Shown here: positions 10,517 to 18,341 of the stretch, one piece after another | How positions within the stretch are numbered: position 1 is the first letter of the stretch | How the letters are laid out: each line of letters opens with the position of its first letter | Source of the DNA: an uncultured Chloroflexia bacterium | Lineage (GTDB): Bacteria; Chloroflexota; Limnocylindria; Limnocylindrales; CSP1-4 | Direction of reading: 5' to 3' | DNA length: 64,000 bases | Assembly (NCBI GenBank): GCA_963749735.1 | Contig: CAVVNZ010000006.1 | Coordinates: 21,797 to 85,796, forward strand | Notes under the pieces: generated by a model | What the model was told of the DNA's origin: nothing | Seen by the model: only the letters and a program-made list of their open reading frames with translations | Databases searched by the model: none | Made by a program: the position numbers and the translations under genes

Positions 10517-10933
10517 ATGCGCTGGGCGGTCGTGGTCTCGAACCTCGCGATGAGCGGCCTGTTGGTGGTCATGGCAGCGCCGCGGATGTGGACCATCACC
10601 GCGCAGATGGATTCGGGCTACGTCCCCCAGGACTACTGGATCGTCGTCGCCTTGGTCGTCATCCCGTTCGTCCTCGCTGCCCTGATTCTGAGGGGCCTCG
10701 TCGTCTGGTCGCGCGGTTCCCGCCGGTTGCTCGTCGCGGCTGACGCGGTCGTGACTCTCGCCTGCTCGTCGGTCCTCCTCATGTACGTGTTCGCCAACGA
10801 CCTGCCCATCGTCGCGCTGGCACTGTCACCGATCGCGCTGATCCTCGCCGCGGTCGTTCCGAATGTGCGGACGGACGCGAACCATCGGGACGTCTGGCAG
10901 GCCGGCAAGGATTGGATCGACTCCGAGCGCTGA
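10517..10933 (+). CDS. Hypothetical 4-TM membrane protein (start uncertain)
   Basis: Four hydrophobic segments; C-terminal tail matches the small protein at 13412. Confidence 0.6.
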   Translation: MRWAVVVSNLAMSGLLVVMAAPRMWTITAQMDSGYVPQDYWIVVALVVIPFVLAALILRGLVVWSRGSRRLLVAADAVVTLACSSVLLMYVFANDLPIVALALSPIALILAAVVPNVRTDANHRDVWQAGKDWIDSER

Positions 10934-10985
10934 ACGCTCGCTAGGACGACGGCCTACAGCCGGCCCGGCCAGATCTAGCTTGTGA

Positions 10986-12710
10986 TCACTTGCAGGCGAA
11001 GGTCCCCGAGACGTCCGCACCGCTGATGGAGTCGGTCCCCACGAAGGAGCCGGAGTGGTCGGTCCCGAGGGTGCCCTGGGCGTCTTGGGTGACCGTCCAG
11101 ATGACGCCCCGTTGGAGCCCCGAGAGGCTGGACACGGACCCGTCCGGCCGGAACACCAGGGTGATCTCGTCGCCGTCCTGCTCGCCGCCGCTGGTGACGC
11201 TCAGCCCGCCGTCGCTGAGAGCCAGGCAAGTAGGCCCGGGGGCGCGATAGAACCAGCCCCCGACATGTACGGAGAGACCCGGGCGGGAGCCGAGCACTTC
11301 GGTCGGCCCGGGCGCTGTGCTCGCGACGGCCGCCTCACTATCGGTCGGGGCAGCCGTGACGGGAAAGACGGGCTGCCAGGTCACCTCGGACGCCGACCAC
11401 TCCAGGTTGAGCTCACCGCTCGAGTGGACGACCACGGGCGATCCGGGCGTCAGGGCGACCGAGAACACGCCGTCGTTCGAACTCGACAGCAGGCGCTTGC
11501 CGTCTGGTGACCACTGCACCCCATCCAGCCCGATCGTGGAGGGGATCGGCAGCTGAACTTTGTTCGATCCCTCGGTATCCATGACCATCAGCTGAGGTGG
11601 ATCCTGGGTGCAGCCATCGCCGGAGCAGCGTGTCCGATGCTGGACGAATGCCACCCGGGTGCCGTCGGGCGAGACCTGGCTGTCGCTGAACCAGAGCCCG
11701 GGATCGCGGGGCGTGAGCTGGGTCTCGTTGTTCCCGTCGGCGTCCACCACGTGGACAGCTCCCCCGTAGCCTGGCCCATCGGGCGTGACGTAGACGATGC
11801 GGTCGTCGCCGTTCGTCCAGCCCAGCGACGCTGGAGTATCTCCCCCCACCAAGATCAGGGTGGACACGCCGTCCGCGACGCGGACGATCCGGATCCGGCC
11901 GAGCTCTGCCACGGCGATACGGGACCCGTCATGAGACCACTCGAGCTCTCTCTGTGCGAACCCGGACTCGGGGTTGATGGAGACCGTCGTCGTATGTCCC
12001 GATGCCACGTCGGCGATCCACAGCTCGGACGCACGAAACGCCAGCTGACCGCCGTTCGGGGACCACTCGGGGCAAGCGATCGGCCCGCCACCGGGAATCG
12101 TCACCCGCATGACCGGCGGCGATGCGTCCCCGTGGTCGTCCAGGCCGACCACGACGACCGCTCGATCGGTGACCGGCCACACGCCTCGGAAGGTCGTGAC
12201 CGGGTCGGACGCGCGGGCTTCACCGTAGGCCAGGTTCCGACCGTCGGGGGAGAACCGCGGACAGGCCTGGGCGAGGCCGTCGCCAGCGGAACCGATGATG
12301 CGCCGTGCCGCCGCGCCCTCGCCGACGAGATAGATGTCGCCCACCTCCCCACCGCCGACGTCGTTAGGGTTGGCGGAGACGGCGATCAGACCGTTCTCGG
12401 GCAGTCTCGCCGGCGGTGGCGCCAATGCGGGAGACGGCGGCACCACCGGCGTCGATCGGTTACTCAATGCCCCGGCGATGAGCGCAGTGCCGACCAGCCC
12501 GCCCAGAAGGACGACGGCTAGGGCGACCATCAACGCGATCCCGCGGAGCGGGAATGTCGCCCGCCCTCCATAGGAAGGCACACGGTCGATCTCGACCCGC
12601 CGTACCGACGCGGTGCTGACGGATTGGTCGGCGCGGCGCGTCACCTCGTCCCAGAGGTCCGGGGCCGGCACGGAGTCGAGCGAGCGGAAGCGTGCGTGGA
12701 GATTAGTCAT
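10986..12710 (-). CDS. Putative anti-sigma factor: short cytoplasmic N-terminus, one TM, extracytoplasmic PD40/TolB-like propeller
   Basis: Start overlaps the ECF sigma stop; repeats PRFSPDG, PEWSPNG, EWSHDG, VSPDG, QWSPDG. Confidence 0.75.
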   Translation of the reverse strand: MTNLHARFRSLDSVPAPDLWDEVTRRADQSVSTASVRRVEIDRVPSYGGRATFPLRGIALMVALAVVLLGGLVGTALIAGALSNRSTPVVPPSPALAPPPARLPENGLIAVSANPNDVGGGEVGDIYLVGEGAAARRIIGSAGDGLAQACPRFSPDGRNLAYGEARASDPVTTFRGVWPVTDRAVVVVGLDDHGDASPPVMRVTIPGGGPIACPEWSPNGGQLAFRASELWIADVASGHTTTVSINPESGFAQRELEWSHDGSRIAVAELGRIRIVRVADGVSTLILVGGDTPASLGWTNGDDRIVYVTPDGPGYGGAVHVVDADGNNETQLTPRDPGLWFSDSQVSPDGTRVAFVQHRTRCSGDGCTQDPPQLMVMDTEGSNKVQLPIPSTIGLDGVQWSPDGKRLLSSSNDGVFSVALTPGSPVVVHSSGELNLEWSASEVTWQPVFPVTAAPTDSEAAVASTAPGPTEVLGSRPGLSVHVGGWFYRAPGPTCLALSDGGLSVTSGGEQDGDEITLVFRPDGSVSSLSGLQRGVIWTVTQDAQGTLGTDHSGSFVGTDSISGADVSGTFACK

Positions 12711-13173
12711 GTCCGTCACCCAGGAGATCGTGGAGCCGTCTGCGCCCGCGACTCAGGTTCGCGCGCACAGCGAGCCCGTTCGAGCCGAGCCGTGCGGCGA
12801 TCTCGCGAACGGGGAGGTCTGCGTAATAGAACAGGATGATTGCGGCGCGCTGGGCGTCCGGCAGCTGCCGAAGGGCTGCGAGAAGGTCGGAATCCTCATA
12901 GCGGTCGAGATGGGCGGTGCCATCCGACAGTTGGTCACCGTCGATGTGGCGCGCCTTCAGCGTCCCTGCGGCGATGCGGAACGCGGCCCGCCAGATCCAG
13001 GCCGCGGGGTCCCGGATCGCCGCCCCTCGTCTCAGGGCCTGGGCGTAGGCGTCGGCCACGGCATCGCTCGCGACATCCGGGTCCCCGGCGAAGGCGTAGA
13101 GCGCCCGCCAGAGGCGGCCGGAGTCCTGGCGATACAGCGTCTCGACGCTGTCGCTCCAGTCACCCGCCGCCAT
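12703..13173 (-). CDS. ECF-type RNA polymerase sigma factor
   Basis: Region 2 (LY...ASDAVADAY..AWIWRAAFR) and region 4 (ALRQLP..QRAAIILFYYADL..EIA..LG....VRANLSRGR). Confidence 0.9.
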   Translation of the reverse strand: MAAGDWSDSVETLYRQDSGRLWRALYAFAGDPDVASDAVADAYAQALRRGAAIRDPAAWIWRAAFRIAAGTLKARHIDGDQLSDGTAHLDRYEDSDLLAALRQLPDAQRAAIILFYYADLPVREIAARLGSNGLAVRANLSRGRRRLHDLLGDGHD

Positions 13174-13411
13174 CGTGATGTCCACACCTCCCATGGGGAC
13201 GAATCCAAGAGAAAGGTGACATCGCAGCGTCTTGTCTGTTACACGGGCCGACGGGCCGGGCATCGAGCGAGGCGGCCCGGGTAGGCTCATCCCAGTCGCT
13301 GCCCATCGCTGTCACGACGGAGCGAACGCGCGGAGCCCGGTCCTCGAGGTACCGCTCGCCGCTTAGCCTGCGACTTACTAGCTGGCACCTGGCGCGTCCT
13401 ACCATCGGCGC

Positions 13412-13627
13412 ATGGCCCGCCGCTCCGACCCCGCCCGGATCTACGTCGTCCGCCGCGACGCGATCGCCAGCCGTCCGACAGGCGAAGGGATGCCCCAGGC
13501 TGACGCGGAGCGATGGCTCGCCGCATGGGAGGCCCGAGCGGCGCTCAGCGGCATGGACCCAAACCACCGCGACTTCTGGCAGGCGGCCGCCGACTGGATC
13601 GACGCCGAGCGCCGCGCGAAGGGATAA
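13412..13627 (+). CDS. Small hypothetical Trp-rich protein (71 aa)
   Basis: TACCAT 6 nt before the ATG; partial paralogous copies nearby with mostly synonymous differences. Confidence 0.7.
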   Translation: MARRSDPARIYVVRRDAIASRPTGEGMPQADAERWLAAWEARAALSGMDPNHRDFWQAAADWIDAERRAKG

Positions 13628-13706
13628 GGCGCGAACTTGCTTATCCGTTGCCACAGCAGACCAACCGGTAGGAGTCGGCTGAACATCGGGACGCCAGCTT
13701 CCCGCT

Positions 13707-14357
13707 TCAGTAGGGGCCGCCGCACACGACCCGGCCCTGCGGATCGGGAACGTATCCATCGACCAGGCAGATGCCGTGGTTGGCTGTCCATGACTCGGGC
13801 GGTTCCCGCCCCTGCTGGCGACGCTCATGGTCCTGCCAGTCGAGTTCGCCATCGAACAACCAGATCTCGCCTCCCCCTGAAGAAGCCTCGGCCAACTGGT
13901 CCTGCCACGGCTCGCTCGCTTCGCGGAGGTCGATCCTGTCGAACCCGGCTTCGACCTTGCCCGACACGGGCGTGAGTCGACGCACGCACAGCAGCTCGCC
14001 GGACTTCGCCACCCGGTCGTATGCCTCGATGATCGCGGCATCCGCCGCTCGGAGTTCTTCCGGCTGCAGAGTGGAAGCATCCCCCGCATGCACGAGTGCC
14101 ATTTGCGCGACCTTGCGCAGCGAGAGGAGGATGATGTTGTCGCCCGGTCGTCCGCGTGCGACCTCGTTGTCCCATTGTTCGATCGTGGTGATAGCGACGA
14201 GGGTTGGCGAACCACCGCCCGCGAACCAGCGATGCGAGCCGAACACGACGTTCGGCGCCACAAGTTCGTCGGCGATGAGCCGCCTGTTCGCCTCAGCACG
14301 CAGGTTCAGCCGCTCGTTGTGAAACCACCCACGGTCGCTGAACCGCCAGCCCGTCAC
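13707..14357 (-). CDS. Hypothetical protein
   Basis: GGGAGG RBS before the GTG; 216-codon ORF with more AT-containing codons than the core genes. Confidence 0.65.
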   Translation of the reverse strand: MTGWRFSDRGWFHNERLNLRAEANRRLIADELVAPNVVFGSHRWFAGGGSPTLVAITTIEQWDNEVARGRPGDNIILLSLRKVAQMALVHAGDASTLQPEELRAADAAIIEAYDRVAKSGELLCVRRLTPVSGKVEAGFDRIDLREASEPWQDQLAEASSGGGEIWLFDGELDWQDHERRQQGREPPESWTANHGICLVDGYVPDPQGRVVCGGPY

Positions 14358-14517
14358 GCGGAGCCTCCCTTCATGCGCGCCGGCGTCCTCGATCCCACCC
14401 CCACCGACATCGCGCCGGACCGCTCGATGATCGTGACCGAGAACCTCGAGGTCGTGAGGCACGTGGGTCCCGGATGAGACACAGGCCAGAGTCTGGTCCG
14501 GAGGTTAGCAGTGCCCC

Positions 14518-14588
14518 CACACGAACCGCCGCGACTTCTGGCAGGCCGGCGGTGATCGGATCGAGGCGGAGCGTCACCCGAGAGGTAG
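14518..14588 (+). pseudogene. Start-less 3' fragment of a paralog of the 13412 small protein
   Basis: Encodes NRRDFWQAGGDRIEAER vs NHRDFWQAAADWIDAER; in-frame TAG at 14506, no start codon. Confidence 0.7.
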
Positions 14589-14737
14589 AGAGAGGCCCCG
14601 ACGCCAGGGGGTGGCCGTCGGGGCCGTGGGGACCGGGCACAAGCGCCACGAGCGCCCCGGTCCACCCCAAACAACGCAGGACCGCCCATCCCGTTACGAG
14701 AGGAACCCCGGCCGGTGGGGGGTCCGGCCGGGGTCTG
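14582..14737 (-). ncRNA. Candidate sRNA with C-rich-loop hairpins
   Basis: TAGCCT -10-like hexamer at 14744-14749; hairpins 14705-14734, 14630-14663, 14594-14625; pyrimidine tail. Confidence 0.4.
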
Positions 14738-14841
14738 CTTGCGAGGCTAACCGAGTGGGCCAGGCGTCGTCCCCATCCGATTGGGTAGCAACCGCGAGTC
14801 GCTCCGGGTCCGCTGGCCGCGCCGTTGTTGGTGGGCTGACC

Positions 14842-15324
14842 TCAGGGTCGGTCGGCCCGCCCCAGGTGGGCCTCCTCCAGGGCGGCGAGCTCGGTCGCGA
14901 GGTCGAGCGGCCGGCGATGCTGGCGGTCAGTCGGCGCCTCCGCGTTGAGGATCGCGATCGCGCGGTTGACCTCCCCGACGAGCCGCTCCAGGTCGGCCCG
15001 ATCGCGCTTCCGGCCCAGCGGCGATGACCGCGTCGCCCGGTCCAGGATCGCGTCACGGCGGCCGAGCAGCGCGCGAACCTCCTTGTCCGTCGCGATCCAC
15101 GGCGGGCTCACATGCGCGTTCTTCAGGATGTGATGAGCGAGGGCCCATTCACCGGCCAGGCTGTCGTCCTCGAGCGGAATCCGCTCGCCGCGAAACGGCA
15201 AGTCGTCGAACTTGCCCGCCTCCTGAGCCTCGCGGATCTGGCGATCGATCAGCGATTCACGCGACGGCGGCTGCCACGGGTTCCAGCGGGTGGCGGTGTC
15301 GGGGACGTCGCGGCGACCGTTCAC
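14842..15324 (-). CDS. DUF1992 (DnaJ-C28-like) domain protein
   Basis: LIDRQIREAQEAGKFDDLP..G, ILKNAHVSPPWI; TACCCT 6 nt before the GTG. Confidence 0.85.
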   Translation of the reverse strand: MNGRRDVPDTATRWNPWQPPSRESLIDRQIREAQEAGKFDDLPFRGERIPLEDDSLAGEWALAHHILKNAHVSPPWIATDKEVRALLGRRDAILDRATRSSPLGRKRDRADLERLVGEVNRAIAILNAEAPTDRQHRRPLDLATELAALEEAHLGRADRP

Positions 15325-15510
15325 GGGCGCAGGGTAACGCACCCGCGCTGAGCCGGGGCGGGCGCACCATCAGGTTGCTGACTTGGCTGCGACCTACCTA
15401 GCCGTAGGTGCCCTGTCCGGTCCCGCGAAGAATGAACGGGGCAGCGGTCGGTCCCCCCTATCTAACCGATGGCTCGGCACCGTCGGGCTCAGCGTAGGAG
15501 GGTCGATCTC

Positions 15511-15957
15511 ATGCGACGCCTGATCACCACGCTCGCGGTCGTGGGCCTGTTCGGGCTCAGTGCCACGCCGGCCATGGCCGCTCCAGCGGATGTCTTCGTC
15601 TCCGACCCAGTGACCGGCAACATCGACTGTGGCGCGCACCAGTACACCTTCACGGGCGGGGCTTGGAGGATGGTCGTTCACTTTGGCGATACGACCCCGT
15701 CGGGCAATAGCCAGTTCAGCGTGAAGGGGACCGCCGACAAGGTCACCGTCACGGACGGCGCCAACGTCTACCGAGTCGAGGGCATGTGGCACTTCGGTGG
15801 CACGCACCTAGCCAACGACACCACTCCCTTCCATTTCGGGATGCATCTCCGGATCGTCGGCCAGGGCGGAGCGGTGGATGACGTCAGCGCCGTGCTGACC
15901 GGGAGCCCGTTCGGGGACATGTGGATCGATATCGGGACGTGCGTTCCCCTCGGTTGA
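15511..15957 (+). CDS. Secreted hypothetical protein
   Basis: AGGAGG RBS; Sec signal ending AMA; two Cys; beta-rich. Confidence 0.75.
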   Translation: MRRLITTLAVVGLFGLSATPAMAAPADVFVSDPVTGNIDCGAHQYTFTGGAWRMVVHFGDTTPSGNSQFSVKGTADKVTVTDGANVYRVEGMWHFGGTHLANDTTPFHFGMHLRIVGQGGAVDDVSAVLTGSPFGDMWIDIGTCVPLG

Positions 15958-16045
15958 CCATCGCTGGTGGTGCGCGGGCAGGGCGCCGGGCCGCCATCGA
16001 GAGCAACCTGACAGGCGCCGATATGCCCCAGGACAGCGCGGAGCG

Positions 16046-16270
16046 GAGGTCGGCCAGATCACCGTCGACAAGGCCTATTCCTGCCCGGATGGATCGTTCT
16101 CCGTCAAGATGCAGATCCACGCCAACTTCGATGGCACCGAGACGTTCAGTTGGGTCGTCACCGGCGGAACGGGCCCCTACGCGGACCTCCACGGCAGCGG
16201 CCAGGGCACCACGGTCGACAACCCGCCGACCGGCAACATCAACACCTTCGTCGGCCACCTGCTCCACTGA
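16046..16270 (+). pseudogene. 5'-truncated remnant of a beta-rich protein gene
   Basis: EVGQITVDKAYSCPDGSFSVKMQIHANFDGTETFSWVVTGGTGPYADLHGSGQG...HLLH* with strong coding-like GC3; no upstream start or signal peptide. Confidence 0.6.
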
Positions 16271-16282
16271 TCGGTCAAGTGT

Positions 16283-16317
16283 GACCCCGGCCAGAATGGG
16301 GGTAACTGGCCGGGGTC
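16283..16317. repeat. Perfect 12-bp inverted repeat with G5/C5 loop
   Basis: GACCCCGGCCAG-aatgggggtaa-CTGGCCGGGGTC. Confidence 0.75.
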
Positions 16318-16788
16318 GGGATGACGGCGTAGTCGCGAGGCTAAGCACCGCAGGCTCTGGCGGCAGAGGGCCGTTTGGCCCTATCTGACCCCGGCAGGGA
16401 GGGGTCCGCTGCCTGGGTCTGCCCCGAAGGAACCAGACCCAGATTGATGGCCGATGAATCTCGCCAACCCTATGACCGACTTATTCGTCTGGTCCCGTGA
16501 TCGCCCAGGGGCCCTGGTGACGTCGGGATTAGGACGGTCCGAGTCGACGGGTCGGGTGTGAGGCGGGTCTACGACGTCCCGGCGCGCGGCTGGCCGATCG
16601 ACTGGCAGCCGATCTGACGGTGAGGGTACGGAGTCGCTAGTGCCGATCGCCTACCGCTCCGCCCGACGCGCGGCTGGGGCGGGCGCCCGAGGGGGGAGAG
16701 CGCCCGCCCCGTCGCGCGGGGAGGAGGGAAGCGTCGGTCGGCCGGCGGGTGCGGGCCTCCGGTCGGCCGGCGGCGGGTCCGGCGTCGA

Positions 16789-17214
16789 TCAGGCGGCCAC
16801 AGGCTCGTCGGGGATCGGGTCGTCGGGTCCCGGCTCGTCGGCGAGGGTGTCGGCCTGGGCCTCGAGCGAGTCGGCCGCGGCCTGGGCCTCGTAGTCCTTC
16901 TTCTTGCGGCCGGATAGCATCTCGACGTGGTTGGCCACGATCTCGGTCTTCCAGTGCCGCTTGCCGGTGTCATCGTCCCAGCTGCGGGTCTGGATCCGAC
17001 CCTCGACGGCCACCTGCTGGCCCTTCCCGAGGTACTGGCCGCAGACCTCGGCCAGCTTGTCCCAGGTGACGATCGTGTGGAACTCGGACTTCTCCTTGCC
17101 GCCCCCGGCGTACTCGTGCGATGCGACGTTGAACGTCGTGACGTTCTTGCCGCTGGCCAGGGCGCGCAACTCCGGATCCCGGGTCAGCCGCCCGGTCAAC
17201 AGGACCTTGTTCAT
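16789..17214 (-). CDS. ssb: Single-stranded DNA-binding protein (paralog-like, no acidic-Phe tip)
   Basis: MNKVLLTGRLTRDPELR, W.KLAE, KG..VAVEGRIQTRSW; AGGAG RBS. Confidence 0.93.
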   Translation of the reverse strand: MNKVLLTGRLTRDPELRALASGKNVTTFNVASHEYAGGGKEKSEFHTIVTWDKLAEVCGQYLGKGQQVAVEGRIQTRSWDDDTGKRHWKTEIVANHVEMLSGRKKKDYEAQAAADSLEAQADTLADEPGPDDPIPDEPVAA

Positions 17215-17489
17215 CGGTCCGACTCTCCTTCTCGGTCGGCCGGCGGCGCCGGTCCGACCCTGCGTCTGCGGCGGGTCGATCCCGACGGCCGGCGGGAGCC
17301 GACGGGCAAGCTGGACGGTAGCGCGGACGTCTCACCGGAGACTTCTCGGGCGATCACCTCGCGCTTATGTCGCGATCCCTTGCGAGGCCTCGGCCCGGTC
17401 AGGCTCGACCGTCGGGGCTCGACCTGTCACCCTGTGATTCGGACGCTCCGGCACCGGCCCGCGAGGGTCCGCAGCGTCGAGGTGGGACC

Positions 17490-18059
17490 ATGTCTGACAA
17501 GCGTCCGAAGTCCCCGTCCACGAAGCGGTCTCGTCCGTCGGGCCGTGCGCTTGCTGAACATGCCGATCGGATCCTCGCCGACGCGCTCGAACGCGCGAAC
17601 GAGTACGAGCGGCAGGGTTTCCACAGCGCGACGATCCCACGGGCCGACCTGATCGCGAAGCTGAGCGGACGGACCGCCCACTCACCGTTCATCACCCAGG
17701 TCGGCTGGGGCAACGCGGTCCGCGGGGCGACGTTCGTCCTCGATTTCGGTCTGATGAATCCCGACCCGTTCCCCTACGAGATCGGCAACCTCGGGCTGTG
17801 CTTCTGCTACGCGGATGCCGGCGCGCTGAGCGATCCCGGGATGACCCTGGTCCGCGCGGAACCATCGGTCGGCATCGTCCAGGTCGAGATCGGCACGCTC
17901 AACGGTGCTCCGACGGCGTACTACCTCGATGCCATCCACACGATCCCCGCGACGTTCCGGACCGGCCCGGCCGATCTGGACTACTTCCTGTACCAGCCCG
18001 ACCCCTTCGCCGCGGGCGTCCTGCTCGAGCGCGGCACGATCCGGATCGACGTGGCCTGA
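17490..18059 (+). CDS. Hypothetical protein
   Basis: GAGGTG RBS; 189 codons with coding-like GC3. Confidence 0.7.
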   Translation: MSDKRPKSPSTKRSRPSGRALAEHADRILADALERANEYERQGFHSATIPRADLIAKLSGRTAHSPFITQVGWGNAVRGATFVLDFGLMNPDPFPYEIGNLGLCFCYADAGALSDPGMTLVRAEPSVGIVQVEIGTLNGAPTAYYLDAIHTIPATFRTGPADLDYFLYQPDPFAAGVLLERGTIRIDVA

Positions 18060-18103
18060 CCTGTCGGCACCGAGCTGACCGGTCGGCACCGAGCCGGCCG
18101 GTC
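18058..18103. repeat. Tandem 19-bp repeat, about 2.4 copies
   Basis: GACCTGTCGGCACCGAGCT / GACCGGTCGGCACCGAGCC / GGCCGGTC. Confidence 0.55.
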
Positions 18104-18162
18104 ACGGAACCGGACCGCCCCGGCCGCCGAGCCGGGCGAGCGGCCGTCGGTCCGTGCGGCGC

Positions 18163-18168
18163 TATACT
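18163..18168 (+). promoter_or_regulatory. -10 element of the pur operon leader
   Basis: TATACT about 230 nt upstream of purA. Confidence 0.6.
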
Positions 18169-18206
18169 CCGCGGGTGACGGAACGCGGGCCCGCCCCGCC
18201 TGACGG

Positions 18207-18306
18207 AGACCAATCCCATCGTTCGAGGAACGTTCGCCCCGTGAGACGAACGCCCATCGCCCTGGGGATCGTCGGAACGCCGACGGCTCGACGAAGGGAG
18301 CAGTCT
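18207..18306 (+). promoter_or_regulatory. Structured leader RNA (orphan riboswitch/attenuator candidate)
   Basis: Long interrupted closing stem enclosing three hairpins, between the -10 and a terminator. Confidence 0.5.
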
Positions 18307-18312
18307 ATCCCG

Positions 18313-18341
18313 GTCCTCGGCCCATCGGCCGGGGGCTTTTT
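18313..18341 (+). terminator. Intrinsic terminator in the purA leader
   Basis: GTCCTCGGCC-catc-GGCCGGGGGC followed by TTTTT. Confidence 0.8.

Noticed and set aside
14745-15470. Integron attC-like ends (GGCTAAC at 14745, ATCTAAC near 15460)
   Set aside because: No matching GTTRRRY partner at suitable spacing, and no integrase
18171-18306. Assignment of the purA leader to guanine, ZTP, PRPP/ykkC, c-di-AMP riboswitch, T-box or SRP RNA
   Set aside because: I could not match their conserved cores by eye; left as an orphan pending a covariance search
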